From: a virus
Direction: 5' to 3' (one strand)
UHGV virus genome: UHGV-0289908
DNA length: 64,000 bases
The notes under the pieces are model-generated. The model had not been told where the DNA came from. It saw nothing but the letters and a program-made list of their open reading frames with translations, and searched no databases. This document shows, piece by piece, positions 18,901 to 28,952 of the stretch (within the stretch, counting starts at the first letter, position 1; each line of letters starts with the position of its first letter). The position numbers and the translations under genes were made by a program.

Positions 18901-19349
18901 GTTTGTTGCTCAAACCAGTTAAGCACCCCATCGGATATTTCTACTTTTTCATCATGTGGACGATATAGTTGTCGAGTTGCCCCTTCGGGAATAATAAAGT
19001 TCTTTTTCTCTAGTGTCTTCTCAAACGAGAAGGCGGTTAATGTTTTTACATTTTTATTTTTACTATTGACAACTTTAATATTGTCATCAATAATGAAACG
19101 ACTTAGTCCTCCATTCATGTTCATGATAATCTGCATTTTCCCTCGAACAATTTTATAAAGCTCAAAGTCAATTTCCTTATTCATGTACGTGATTTTTGAA
19201 GGAATCTCAATCGTCATTTGGGTAGGTACTCCACTGCTATAAACAACAGACTGTACATATTCATTAGGGATGATTCCCCACTCTTCATGTCTGTTCTTCA
19301 TAAGAGTAAAAGAGTATTCGTTGTCAAATAGACTGACTGGACGATACAT
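15933..19349 (-). CDS. Tail-associated (Tal-like) distal tail tip protein (1138 aa) with a C-terminal His-rich 11-aa repeat needle
   Basis: Placed immediately after the Dit-like gene. A long N-terminal domain is followed by an S/T/G-rich linker. Seven tandem repeats of the type NIPSHSHSVSV, each carrying an HxH pair, occupy residues ~975-1058 and are encoded by 33-bp DNA repeats at 16170-16425. Confidence 0.65.
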   Translation of the reverse strand: MYRPVSLFDNEYSFTLMKNRHEEWGIIPNEYVQSVVYSSGVPTQMTIEIPSKITYMNKEIDFELYKIVRGKMQIIMNMNGGLSRFIIDDNIKVVNSKNKNVKTLTAFSFEKTLEKKNFIIPEGATRQLYRPHDEKVEISDGVLNWFEQQTNFTVGHVDEMARKELGLYNETESLELHWDFTIEKVEKEKTMWEKAQVIDVGDNILNFTITYPEMESYNGDLLQKKETISHSFVNLPYGVKHIQARYTSDSDYRYGMTYTLTFVNDTTKEYKFGFANVNELKVFFPKIELAYETGVMSEHLTTKYRYFEAVSCSWLTLISQIEEAFNCVCVFDSYEQVLNVYDKDTYGEDTGITLSYDNAISEITKTHKLSDITTRLYVESPNVSIAEENPLGTEYVEDFSYYITNNIMSRSLTQALVKYNELVGAKNVEFLTLKLEKNKNDQMITKRQGELSSLQGRFKAENAILTAYIKAGDQPQKQKEQSELVEQLEQEIATMMNTVQELKDKSDSLFADMTKIGIDIQKENAEYNGEKLFSDQDLEELEDYLIESSITNEYYTLAYSLYQHALEVIADMNKVYIDFSITTYEFLSKIKTSGAWNNHIKLGIKLSLDVEHNDLTDDEGKLQLYGFTFKPNEGVKGSVTDLKFTNNKTPKATSIKTIGDISKKTSQLTTMTNFWKDTWADSASNNVAVEKLLTEGLDAAAQVVRGKGTSNKIDISEAGIYISDAEDENKQIYYGSGLISITQDKWKTSTLAIDSSGIMAETIIGKMILGAKMQIGNEDNTFEINPHGLSVYDPSAKQEERIFLGIEDGKAVFRLHSKDGNNKLVLSEDGIYQVFPIQARDSFDYQNPFKISFYLPKSLQRLDEARLIFKNEKFRAYSRGATVKSTEVVGTTAQTSGAISNSTKDGGATSKTVSSTTAPSVSSSATSHGGGGATATPTSAWGGGGKATTTSSTIVLGTRPTSPPRGSANGDDGNIHMGSHTHTVFIPNHSHSVSVNIPSHSHSVSVNIPSHSHRVDVTIPSHNHSVTYNIPAHSHKIDISGHSHLVDVTIPSHKHDIVHGIYEYEKLARSNIYVDGVLVLENVTGDRDVDISQYIQKDANGSYGGTHTIEVRSQSTTSNPEGLGRANMSLFISGFVSF

Positions 19350-19361
19350 CTAATTCCCCCT

Positions 19362-20147
19362 TTAGTTTTGAATTGCTATTTTGTTTTGGAAGTATATGTC
19401 GATTTCACATTCTCCAGTAACCTTAATGACATTTCGACCATAGCCTAGTCGCAGCCACTTTTTATTGAAATGAGGCTGTAGATTTAAGTTTGGATTATTG
19501 TCGCAAACTATCTGTTTCATTCCTTCGTTGTAGCATGAAACAGTTGTGCCACGTGGTATATTGGTAAAGCTCATTGTCTCTCCCAAAGTCTCATTTCGAA
19601 TAGTAATATCTCCCGTTGTATCTTTATAGAACCATACATCTGGATACACATAATGTTCAACATTGGATTTATTGTAAATTTCAAACTCCCATGATTCTTT
19701 TATCATGGCTCTGTGATGAGCAACAGTTGAATAACTGCACCCACTAGATAATCTCATCTTTAAGGTGATATATCCTGTTCGCTGTGCGAAACGAACGTCT
19801 GACATTTCTGTAAAAAGAGCATAATATAACACGTCTCGATTTTGGTGAGATATAAAAATCTTGTATTCTTCTGGTTTCATCAACCAGTTATTTAAGAAGA
19901 AGATGTCCTCTTCTGTAATTGGTAAAGCCTTATGCTTTGTAGCTTTTATGATATTGATTTCAAAAGTCAATTCATTATATTTAACACCTTGAAAACTCTT
20001 TGCGAAGTTGTTACTATCCTCTTCCTTGATTGTTCGGTTAGTCCCCAACATGGAAGTGTCTTTACTATCTAGCGATACAATGTAGTACCCTAGGTCTTCT
20101 GCATTGATACCATCAAAGGTGAAACCAATATTTCTAAATTGAGCCAT
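19362..20147 (-). CDS. Distal tail protein (Dit-like), 261 aa
   Basis: Size, and position directly after the tape measure and before Tal. RBS AAGGAGGTG. Confidence 0.55.
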   Translation of the reverse strand: MAQFRNIGFTFDGINAEDLGYYIVSLDSKDTSMLGTNRTIKEEDSNNFAKSFQGVKYNELTFEINIIKATKHKALPITEEDIFFLNNWLMKPEEYKIFISHQNRDVLYYALFTEMSDVRFAQRTGYITLKMRLSSGCSYSTVAHHRAMIKESWEFEIYNKSNVEHYVYPDVWFYKDTTGDITIRNETLGETMSFTNIPRGTTVSCYNEGMKQIVCDNNPNLNLQPHFNKKWLRLGYGRNVIKVTGECEIDIYFQNKIAIQN

Positions 20148-20162
20148 ATACCCACCTCCTTA

Positions 20163-20190
20163 TAAAATAAAAGAGGGGATGACCCCCTCT
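20163..20190 (-). terminator. Hairpin plus U-tract overlapping the TMP stop codon
   Basis: Minus-strand RNA reads AGAGGGG-gtcat-CCCCTCT TTTATTTTAT. The RBS of the next gene follows about 10 nt later. Confidence 0.5.
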
Positions 20191-23100
20191 AACGTTTCAT
20201 TAATTCGCTTGCAATTTCTTCGATAAGTTCTTCCTTGGCAGTGCTAATCATTGACTCAAGTTTCGGTAAAACATCCTCTGTAACATTTCCTTGAACCTCT
20301 ACCAGTGACCCAATAGAAATGTCAAGTTTTTGTCCAGTGTTTCCTCCACTGGTTGTCGTTAATGTTGCATTTAAAGTTTCCTCTAGGTTTTTCAATAGTG
20401 TGTTTTGGTCAACTGTAGAAACCCCAACACTTGTGATTCCCATTCCTGCCATTAGCTCTTGAGCAACACGTAGATTCTCAATTAACTCTTCACGCAGTGT
20501 ATTTCCGATTGCGTATAACCCATCTCCCGTTTCATTTAACCAGTCAGTCATAAGAGTATCTAACTGAATAATTTCGTCTCCAATGGTTACGAATCCGTCC
20601 ACTAAAGCCTTGTTCACCAAGTCTGCGATATTCTGAGCGTCTAATGCTTCCTCTAATTCTTGCTCTGCCTTCTCCATCTCTTCGTCAAAACGATTATTAC
20701 CGTTTTCTTTTTCCTTGTCCCTAATCATGTCGTCGATGACTTTTTGTTGGGCTTCGTACTCTTCACGAAGTTGTTGAAGTTTCAACTTCCCTGCCAAGCT
20801 AGTGTCTCGGCTCATGCTGTTGATAGCCTGTTGGATTTCATCGAGCTTTCTTTGCTGTTCTGTTAGCGAGTCTTCCCAGTCTTCTTCATCAAACTGCTTA
20901 TTGTAAGCGTCCTTCTGTTTTTGTAATTCTGTCTTAACAGCTTCTGTACGCTTCTGTAGTTCGTTTTGAATTGCCGAGGTAATATCCTTTTGAATATCTG
21001 TCACCTGTTGTGCCATAGCTTTTTCGGCTTCACGAATTGCAGTTGTATATTCTTCCCACTCTACCTCTAAATCTGGCAATGTGTTTCGAATGATATCGTC
21101 GTACTGCTTGATTAAATCAATCAGTTCCTCTGCTTCGTCAAGGACTTCGTCACGATACTCTCCGACGTAATCGTTGGCAACAACTTTGAATTTATCCATA
21201 AGCTCTTTGTAGTTTGCAACAGTTCCATCGGCATTGAATTCCACACCTTTTTCAGATAGTTTCTTTGCCAATTCTTCTGCTTCCTCTTGAAGCTCTGAGC
21301 TCTGTTGACGTAAAAGGTCTTGCTTCTCTTTCATGAGAGCAATCTCTTCTTCCATCAATCTCACTCGTTCAGAAGCATTTGCATTCTCTTGTTTAGCTTG
21401 ATTTAGGGCTAACTTTTTGTCCACGTCATTAATTAATCCATTGATTTCATAGTATCGGTCTCCAAGTGCTTCGACAAGTTTTAAAGTCTTCTCGTGCTCC
21501 TTGTTGACATCTTCGATTTCTTTGATTAATTGTTCAATGGCGAGTTCAGTTGACGGCAATGAATCATTAGTAAGAGTGGTGTATGCGTCAATGATGTCCA
21601 CAATAGAATTTACGTATGCGATTTGAGCTTCTTTTGCGTCTCCAGACAAACTATTGGCATAGTTTTGCAATTCTTTTAGACGAGAAGAGTAGTTTGTTAA
21701 ATTTCCATCTCCGTCGAAGCTGAATCCTGCTGTGCTAAGAAGGTTCTTGTGGTCTAACATATCATTGCGTTGCTCTAATTGTAGCTTTTTCGTAGCTTCC
21801 AGTTTTTCGTTCAACAGCTTGATTTCTTCCTCATGTAGCTTCTTAGTGGTTGCTACATTGGTTGCCATCTTTTGTAATTGTCGATTCATTTCAAGAGCAT
21901 TATTCACGTCGTCGATAGCGTCGTTTAGCTCATAATATCGGTCAATCACAAGGTCTAAGTCTTCAACGATTTTCTCAGTACTACTACTGCTTGAACTTCC
22001 ACTGCTAGGCTTTGTATTAAGTCCACTAGAACCCAATGAACCACCTTTGTATGTACCTGCACCAGTTCCCTTGAAGGTTGTTTTAATATCAGAGAATAAA
22101 TTGCCCGAATTTAGACTATTGGTTATTCTGTCTAGTTCTCTTAACTGGGCATTTAACTTATTCCATTCTGCCATATCTTTTGCACTAACATTCCCTAAGT
22201 CTTGATACATACCAGCAGACTTATCTATTGCAGTGCTTAATTGTTTTAGGTTGTTTTGGATTTCTTTCTTCTTTGCATTATAGAAACTTGCCCACATTTT
22301 GGCTAATTCCTCTATTGTTCCTGCTTCTGCACCACCTTGCCAATTTAAGAACTCGTTAATAAGTTCACTATCTGCACTTCTGTATCCGTCTTTTTCATTG
22401 ACGTATTGACTGTACATTTTTAACATACTTTGAAGTTTTTGGGCTTCTGTCATATTCTCTGCTTCTGCTAATGAAGTGGCACTACTGTAATCAACGTCTC
22501 GAAGACCACCCTTAGATTCAACATATTGAGCAAAGTCATCGTATTGAATTCCTAGACTTTCTGCTCCTAATGAGATTAACTTGTTCTCAATTGCACGTTG
22601 ATATTGTAGGAAGTTTTCCGAGTTTTTCATTTTCTCATTCCAGAACTCTGCGTCATTTGCAAGAATTTCTTCTTGAGCAGTGCGGTGTACATCCACTTGA
22701 TTCATGACCATTCCATATAAATTATCCATTTCAGAAATCTTGTCATTTAAGAATTCTTGTACGTATGCGGTGTCTTGAATGTGACCTGCCAACTCTGGGT
22801 ATGCTTCAATTAACTGCTCCGCAACGTCTGGAGTATAGTTTTCCATGTCTTTCATTGTTTCTAAGAAGTTCTTTGCTTGTGCTTGTGCCTTCCCCAATTC
22901 AATAGTGGCTTTATCTCCTAACACCCCTAACAGGTCTGATACATTCTCAACTACTCCCTCGTATTGTGGGAATGCTCCTAAGAAACGTTGAACCACTGTT
23001 GCTTGAGCTTCTGCATCTCCTCCGAGCTCTTGAATAGTTCCTCGAATGTCTGAAATAGTGTCAGCATATTTTAATTGTTCATTGCTTAAGTTGCTGAAAG

Positions 23101-26100
23101 TGTTTGTTAAAGCACTGATTTTGTCATCAACTGTCTGTACCGCCTTTGCAGCTTCGGTCTCTCCGCTGACCACTTTATCAACTTCTGTAGCGAACTTTTC
23201 GAAATTTTTAGCATATTCTTCTAGTGAAACCATCTGCTTGTCTGTTTCCCAACCTGCGTCTAACATTGTCTGGACATTTCCATTCCAATCCAACAGGAAT
23301 AGATAGTGTTCTTGGAACGCTTCCTTTTGAGCGGAAAGGATTTCTTTTAATTTGTCAACCGACAGGTTTTGCCCATTGAACACTCCCATGCCATCTACAG
23401 CATTTGCAATAGCCTTCTCCAATTCTTTGATGTTGCTATCGTTGAGATTTAATTGGTTCAAATACCACTCGTTTGTTCCTTTTAAATCTGATTGTTTATC
23501 TAATTCCTTGTCTAATGCTTTTGCATTTTCAAGAGCCTTTTCTTTATTAATTTGTTTAATTAATCCAAGTTGCTCTTGATAGCTTAGATTTTCATTTTCT
23601 AAAATACTTGCGTACTCATTGTCATATCCAATAAGCTCTTGTTTCAAAGTATTGATTTGACTAGATAATTCAGCTTTTTCCTCTTGTGAAGTATTAATAT
23701 CATTATACTTCTTAATCATTTCATCTAACTTGCTAATTGTCTCTTTAATGTTCCCATTTAATCGACTTTGAATATCAGAAGATAGATTTGAAATGTTTTC
23801 CGTTGCTTCTTTTGCACGACCCGCATAGTCGGTGTAATTTTTAAACCCCTCAATTAATTTCCCTATAACAGTCACCACTGCACTGATTGCAATGGACAAT
23901 CCCATAGACATTGCAGCCTGCAAGGCTACAGTCTTCACTGTGGTTGCAACTAATTGAATTTGACTTGCTTTTAATGTAGTATTAAATCCTTGCAATTTAG
24001 CAGTAAGGTAAGATGTGTCTTTCCCCATTGCCTGCAATTTTTGTATCTTTGTAGTAGTGAGGTCAATGTATGTTTTTTGAGTGTCAATAACTTTCTGATA
24101 TTTGGCAGACTGCAACTGTAGCTCAGTAGTCATACTCTTCATTTGAGGTATCATGCCCATGATATTGTCACGTACAAGTTTTCCTGCGTTATTGAAAGAC
24201 AAGAATCCCATAGTTGATGTTGCTATAACGGTTGGTAGTGCCCCAAACTTATCAATCACTGTTGTTACTCCATTGATGGTTCCAGTGAATCCATCAATCA
24301 TAGACTTGAATCCGTCTGTATTGATAAAAGTTTGAAACAGCTCTTGTTGTGCAGACTTTAAGGTGTTTAATTTCCCTTGTAGGCTATCTGCATAGATACC
24401 ATTCATCTCCATTAATGTTCCTTGAGCGTCATAGGCATTGTTAACGAGCCCTAATGCAGTATCATAACTGTCCATCATACCAATGAAGATATCCATTTGG
24501 TTTTTACCTGCTAATTGCTCTGCCATGTAATATTTGGTACTGTCTGATAGGTTTTTCCACTTTCCTCCAAGTTCGTCCATGATGCTACTAAAACTTTTTA
24601 ATTCTCCAGAGTTGGTGTCACGAATCGTGATACCTAACTGTTTTAAGGCTTTTTCACCCTTTGCAAACTCTAATTCAATGCCCTCTGTAGACTCTCCAAG
24701 CTCTTCTAATGCTTGTTTCTGTTGCATTACACGAGCAGTGATAGTACGCATACCACGACCTAGTTTATCGGCAGACTGTCCAGTTGCAACCATGGCATTA
24801 CCCAACTGTCCAACGAACCATTCCATGTCTACTCCTGCGGCTTTCATAGTAGAACCTGCTACCCCGATACCGTTAACTAAACCTTGTAGACCTTCTTGGA
24901 AGTCCATGTCCATATTGGCAGACACTTTAGAAAGAACGTCTCCAAGGTACTCTGTTACCTCTGCTGCGTTTCTTCCCTCTGCGTCTAACATCTGATATGA
25001 GTTGGCAATAGACATGATAGACTTAGTTACGTCTGTCGCCTGCATACCAGAGATGTTCATTAATGCAGTTGATGGAGCTAACTTAGCCATTACTGCTTCG
25101 ATAGTGGTACTGTCGTTGGCGAATGTTTGAGCAATCTTTAATACATCACTAGATACCGCTCCCATTTCTTTTGACATGGTATTCACTTTGTCTAGCATTG
25201 TATTAAACTGGTTCTTCGTTAATGACTCCATGGTCATGCTCATATTGGTAAATGCTTGGTCTACCTCTTTGATATGAGTAATACCTTTTTTTAACTCATT
25301 CCATAGTCGGCGAATAATCATAGCTCCAGAGACATACGTTGCTAAGTATTTAAAACTTTGACCCAATTCTCCAACTGCCGTGCTCGTTTGTTTTAACTTG
25401 TTGGCTTGAATGTTAGAGTTGATTTCTTTCCACTGTAGCTTTAAATCAGAGATTTGACTTCTCACATCTTTCAATGAAGTCCCATTTAATTGTTTTAACT
25501 TCTGTTGGAATTTCTCAACGGCAACTAAATCTTGAGATGTGATGTATTTGCTATTCTTGTTTAAAGAGTTCTTAACGTCAACCCCCATACTCTTCTGAGT
25601 TCTAGCAATTAATTTTTCAACCTCCGCTTGTTCTTTTTGTGAAGCTGTTAATTGTTTTGCTTTAGAAACCTCAATCTGATTTTCTAAGTCTAATTGTTTT
25701 TGTAGTAGAGTGTTTTCGGTTTGTTGAGTCATTAGACCTTTTTGTTCAATTTCAGCCCTCTTCTGAAATACCGCCAAAGACTGTTCTTCCAGTTGCTTTT
25801 CTAAAACAGCTCTTGCATTGTCGTCGTCCCCGATTTGTTCAAGCTGTTTCTTTGTGGCAAGTCTTCGACTATCTAAGGCAATAAGTTCGTCATTTAGAGT
25901 TTTTTGCTCCGCCTTTTGTTGTGCCGCTCTTAACTCTAAGGCTTGAATTTCTTTAAGTTGAGTTATTTGCTCATTTAACTTGTTGTCACTCAGTCCTCCT
26001 CGGTTAATCGCACCTTGAGCACTATTTCGCAATGATGTTGCAACCGCTTTCTTTTTCTCAAGTACCACTAGGTCTTGCTCGTTTGCATTGACCGATTGCA

Positions 26101-26749
26101 TATTATATTTGTGAATAAGCTCTAAAGACTTTTGAAGTTTTGCATAAGCAGATGTTCTTTTCTTGTCGAGCTTTTCTTCCTCTTTTGTAAGAAGTCTTGC
26201 ATTTTCTAGCTTTTGTTTTTCAATGGTAGAGTTTTGAAGACTACTGTTTGTCAGTCCTTTTGCTTTCAGAGCCTTCTCTTTTTCTCGAATAAGTTTCTGA
26301 GTCTCTTTGACTTCACTAGCGATAGACTCTTGTTTTTTCTTTGAAACCGACACACTCTCAGCTTGCAATTTTCCAACTTTTTCATAAAGTTGTCGGATTT
26401 CCTCATAGCGTGCTTTTTGTACTTTTAACGCTTCTGTGGCAATCTTTGTTTGTTCGACCTGCATTGTTCCATCTTCAAGAACCTTATGTTGGACTGTCAT
26501 AATCTGTCCATATTGATTCATTAATTGAGTGGTCATACTGGTCAATTCATTGTTTTTCCCCATCTTGAAAGATTGGTTGACAAATTTATTAAACTCTTTC
26601 GCCATGTCGTCGAAGTTAATTTTTAATCCTCCAACCTCCATGGTTGTTTTCTTACCAATATCATTGACTGCCTTTTGGACATTCCTAATGGATTGTGCTT
26701 GGTCAACTTCAAGCGTCATATTGACACTTAACGGCTTGTTTCCATCCAT
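20189..26749 (-). CDS. Tail tape measure protein (2186 aa)
   Basis: Very long, highly alpha-helical, coiled-coil, Q/K/E-rich protein between the chaperone genes and Dit. This is the classic TMP position and composition. Confidence 0.85.
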   Translation of the reverse strand: MDGNKPLSVNMTLEVDQAQSIRNVQKAVNDIGKKTTMEVGGLKINFDDMAKEFNKFVNQSFKMGKNNELTSMTTQLMNQYGQIMTVQHKVLEDGTMQVEQTKIATEALKVQKARYEEIRQLYEKVGKLQAESVSVSKKKQESIASEVKETQKLIREKEKALKAKGLTNSSLQNSTIEKQKLENARLLTKEEEKLDKKRTSAYAKLQKSLELIHKYNMQSVNANEQDLVVLEKKKAVATSLRNSAQGAINRGGLSDNKLNEQITQLKEIQALELRAAQQKAEQKTLNDELIALDSRRLATKKQLEQIGDDDNARAVLEKQLEEQSLAVFQKRAEIEQKGLMTQQTENTLLQKQLDLENQIEVSKAKQLTASQKEQAEVEKLIARTQKSMGVDVKNSLNKNSKYITSQDLVAVEKFQQKLKQLNGTSLKDVRSQISDLKLQWKEINSNIQANKLKQTSTAVGELGQSFKYLATYVSGAMIIRRLWNELKKGITHIKEVDQAFTNMSMTMESLTKNQFNTMLDKVNTMSKEMGAVSSDVLKIAQTFANDSTTIEAVMAKLAPSTALMNISGMQATDVTKSIMSIANSYQMLDAEGRNAAEVTEYLGDVLSKVSANMDMDFQEGLQGLVNGIGVAGSTMKAAGVDMEWFVGQLGNAMVATGQSADKLGRGMRTITARVMQQKQALEELGESTEGIELEFAKGEKALKQLGITIRDTNSGELKSFSSIMDELGGKWKNLSDSTKYYMAEQLAGKNQMDIFIGMMDSYDTALGLVNNAYDAQGTLMEMNGIYADSLQGKLNTLKSAQQELFQTFINTDGFKSMIDGFTGTINGVTTVIDKFGALPTVIATSTMGFLSFNNAGKLVRDNIMGMIPQMKSMTTELQLQSAKYQKVIDTQKTYIDLTTTKIQKLQAMGKDTSYLTAKLQGFNTTLKASQIQLVATTVKTVALQAAMSMGLSIAISAVVTVIGKLIEGFKNYTDYAGRAKEATENISNLSSDIQSRLNGNIKETISKLDEMIKKYNDINTSQEEKAELSSQINTLKQELIGYDNEYASILENENLSYQEQLGLIKQINKEKALENAKALDKELDKQSDLKGTNEWYLNQLNLNDSNIKELEKAIANAVDGMGVFNGQNLSVDKLKEILSAQKEAFQEHYLFLLDWNGNVQTMLDAGWETDKQMVSLEEYAKNFEKFATEVDKVVSGETEAAKAVQTVDDKISALTNTFSNLSNEQLKYADTISDIRGTIQELGGDAEAQATVVQRFLGAFPQYEGVVENVSDLLGVLGDKATIELGKAQAQAKNFLETMKDMENYTPDVAEQLIEAYPELAGHIQDTAYVQEFLNDKISEMDNLYGMVMNQVDVHRTAQEEILANDAEFWNEKMKNSENFLQYQRAIENKLISLGAESLGIQYDDFAQYVESKGGLRDVDYSSATSLAEAENMTEAQKLQSMLKMYSQYVNEKDGYRSADSELINEFLNWQGGAEAGTIEELAKMWASFYNAKKKEIQNNLKQLSTAIDKSAGMYQDLGNVSAKDMAEWNKLNAQLRELDRITNSLNSGNLFSDIKTTFKGTGAGTYKGGSLGSSGLNTKPSSGSSSSSSTEKIVEDLDLVIDRYYELNDAIDDVNNALEMNRQLQKMATNVATTKKLHEEEIKLLNEKLEATKKLQLEQRNDMLDHKNLLSTAGFSFDGDGNLTNYSSRLKELQNYANSLSGDAKEAQIAYVNSIVDIIDAYTTLTNDSLPSTELAIEQLIKEIEDVNKEHEKTLKLVEALGDRYYEINGLINDVDKKLALNQAKQENANASERVRLMEEEIALMKEKQDLLRQQSSELQEEAEELAKKLSEKGVEFNADGTVANYKELMDKFKVVANDYVGEYRDEVLDEAEELIDLIKQYDDIIRNTLPDLEVEWEEYTTAIREAEKAMAQQVTDIQKDITSAIQNELQKRTEAVKTELQKQKDAYNKQFDEEDWEDSLTEQQRKLDEIQQAINSMSRDTSLAGKLKLQQLREEYEAQQKVIDDMIRDKEKENGNNRFDEEMEKAEQELEEALDAQNIADLVNKALVDGFVTIGDEIIQLDTLMTDWLNETGDGLYAIGNTLREELIENLRVAQELMAGMGITSVGVSTVDQNTLLKNLEETLNATLTTTSGGNTGQKLDISIGSLVEVQGNVTEDVLPKLESMISTAKEELIEEIASELMKR

Positions 26750-26795
26750 GTTTTATCACTTCCTTATCTCGTTTTAGGAGTAACTGCACCGCTAA

Positions 26796-26816
26796 AACTC
26801 CCGAATAATTCGGGAT
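26796..26816 (-). terminator. Intrinsic terminator in the 200-bp gap upstream of the TMP gene
   Basis: Minus-strand RNA reads CATCCCGAA-tta-TTCGGGAG TTTTAG. Confidence 0.45.
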
Positions 26817-26862
26817 GTTTTTTGCGATAAAATCTCGATTTTACAGTATTTTTCTAAAAAAA

Positions 26863-26905
26863 GAGATAAGAAAGCTCTAAAACAAAGCTACCTTATCTCT
26901 CCTTA
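26863..26905 (-). terminator. Second hairpin plus U7 in the same gap
   Basis: Minus-strand RNA reads GAGATAAG-(21 nt)-CTTATCTC TTTTTTTAG. Confidence 0.45.
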
Positions 26906-26947
26906 TGTTTGTGTTCTTTTAACTTCATGTTTTACACCTCTTCAAAT

Positions 26948-27391
26948 TTAGTGTATACTCATTTTAAAATCAACTTTAATCCCATGCTGTGCGAACTTCT
27001 CTGTTATCACTGTTGGGAGCTCTCTGCGTAAAACTTCACGAGTTGCTTCATAAAAATCTCGCTTCATTGGCATGGTAGGTGTTCCATTGACAATCATTAC
27101 ATCAAGGAAATATCCATCTGCTCGACCACTTGGTTCTGTGATGTTTTTGACAGATATCTCAATCGTATTGCCATATACGTCTATTGTCGAATCGAAATTG
27201 GTAGGGTCTGCAAGACCACCTTTCTCATATCTTCGTTCATATCGCTTTGGAACGTAGACATTGTAGACTTCTCTATCAATGACCTCTAACATCGTAGGGA
27301 TAATCTCATCGTCTATAATCTCTTGCATTACCTGTTCCGCACTCTTTTGAATATACTTGAACAGGGCATTGAGATTGTTAAACTTAGGCAT
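26948..27391 (-). CDS. Hypothetical tail-assembly-associated protein (147 aa)
   Basis: ORF from the track. Its ATG overlaps the stop of the upstream gene (TAATG). Confidence 0.5.
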   Translation of the reverse strand: MPKFNNLNALFKYIQKSAEQVMQEIIDDEIIPTMLEVIDREVYNVYVPKRYERRYEKGGLADPTNFDSTIDVYGNTIEISVKNITEPSGRADGYFLDVMIVNGTPTMPMKRDFYEATREVLRRELPTVITEKFAQHGIKVDFKMSIH

Positions 27392-27960
27392 TATTTAACA
27401 CCCAATTCTGCTAATTGAGCTTGAAGCTCTGCAATCTTTGCTTCTTTCTCTGCTCGTGCTTTAGCTTCCATGTCTTCCACAATATCTTTGGCAATCATTT
27501 CAGTTGCATGTGGGTTGGATTGTAGGGTTCGTTGTGTTGCAATAAATGTTTCAAAAATAGACATTAAGATTTTGTCCACCTCAATCTTAATTGCAACAAA
27601 TACATCATTAGGATTTGCGACTACTGATTCAATTAATTCTTTATCTTCTAAGTCGATTTCTAAATCTGTAAACATTACAAATAACTGCATAATTAAATCA
27701 GCTTCTGTAATATTGATACTAACTGCCCCATCTTCGACAACAATGTTATCTTTTAATTTTTCCAACATTGCTTGTTTATCTTCTAAAGTAGCAGAGTACA
27801 CTTTTGTTAAACGGTCTTTATCTGTTGTTTCAATAATAGATTGAAACTCAGATGGGTTGAAGTATTTAATTGCGTCTCCAACAGAATCTTCAATAATTAA
27901 GCATTTAATTTGACGCTCTCCATCGTCTTTACGCATTTTTAGTGATTGTAATTTTGCCAT
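27391..27960 (-). CDS. Putative tail assembly chaperone (acidic, 189 aa)
   Basis: Acidic helical protein sitting between the major tail protein and TMP. This is the typical gpG-like position. Confidence 0.5.
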   Translation of the reverse strand: MAKLQSLKMRKDDGERQIKCLIIEDSVGDAIKYFNPSEFQSIIETTDKDRLTKVYSATLEDKQAMLEKLKDNIVVEDGAVSINITEADLIMQLFVMFTDLEIDLEDKELIESVVANPNDVFVAIKIEVDKILMSIFETFIATQRTLQSNPHATEMIAKDIVEDMEAKARAEKEAKIAELQAQLAELGVK

Positions 27961-28057
27961 TTTTATTCCCCTTTCATTTTCATATCCCTATTTAATCACA
28001 CGAATAGTTGTCATGTGATTAAATAGAGAAGGGTGAGAACACCCTCCTTCTCAACAA

Positions 28058-28951
28058 CTATCCTTGGTTTACAGGAACGTAAGCTAAGAATCCTAAGTTA
28101 TCGTGGTCGCTGTGTTTTAACACTGTGAAGCTAGTTGCGATAGCTGATTCTGATTTTTCTGCTGTTGCTTCATCAGCGAAGTCAGTAGAGAATGAAGCAC
28201 GGTAGAATTTCCATACTTTTTCACATACAACTTTTTGAGCCGCATTTGATTGAGGACGAGTGATAGTGATTGATACGTCACGTCCAGAGCTTGAAGCAGG
28301 GATATCCACTTTTTCAGCTTGAACAGAGTATTTGTAAGAACCAACTAATACAGTATCTCCTTCTTCTGCTCCCTCGGTAATTGTTAATTTTTTACTAGAT
28401 AATGACGCTTCAATAACTTCGCCAGTCTTTTTGTTGTAAACAACTGGAGCTCCACCTACTGGAGTTTGGTCTAAGTCAATAGCCTTTTCTGCTCCCACTC
28501 GGTAGTTTTTAGGGAATGCTTCTAACTCAACAGTAGCAGTCTCTAAAGTTCCACCTAATTTTAACGCTAACCAGTCACGCTTAGCTTGAATGTCAGTAAC
28601 TTCAACAGTGATTTCGCTGTCCCCAACAATTTCTAACCATTGAGTGTTGTCACGACCTGCTCGCACTGGAGTTTTTGTTGCAGTTTTGTTAACGTTTGTT
28701 GACTTTAATGAACCAGAGAACATTTCTAAACCAGTTTCTAAATCTGTTACATGAATCTCTCCGATAGTCATGTCGTATAGTTCTTCTGTTAAGAACTTAT
28801 TTGCTTTTGCCATCGTATTACCTCCTGTTCGTGGTTCTACACTTACGACTTGAGGAGTGTCCTCATTAACCACGAATTGTTCTTCTATTTCTAACTGTGC
28901 CATCATAGGAATGGCACGGTCGTAAGTTGCTCGCTTTTTCTTCTTTGCCAT
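28058..28951 (-). CDS. Major tail protein (297 aa)
   Basis: Position upstream of the chaperone genes. Beta-rich. A strong hairpin terminator lies directly downstream at 27990-28050. Confidence 0.6.
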   Translation of the reverse strand: MAKKKKRATYDRAIPMMAQLEIEEQFVVNEDTPQVVSVEPRTGGNTMAKANKFLTEELYDMTIGEIHVTDLETGLEMFSGSLKSTNVNKTATKTPVRAGRDNTQWLEIVGDSEITVEVTDIQAKRDWLALKLGGTLETATVELEAFPKNYRVGAEKAIDLDQTPVGGAPVVYNKKTGEVIEASLSSKKLTITEGAEEGDTVLVGSYKYSVQAEKVDIPASSSGRDVSITITRPQSNAAQKVVCEKVWKFYRASFSTDFADEATAEKSESAIATSFTVLKHSDHDNLGFLAYVPVNQG

Positions 28952-28952
28952 A

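Noticed and set aside
26948-27960. Programmed translational frameshift joining the 189-aa and 147-aa genes (gpG/GT-type)
   Set aside because: The second ORF has its own ATG overlapping the stop (TAATG), and no XXXYYYZ slippery heptamer is evident at the junction. A frameshift cannot be excluded, but the sequence does not support one.
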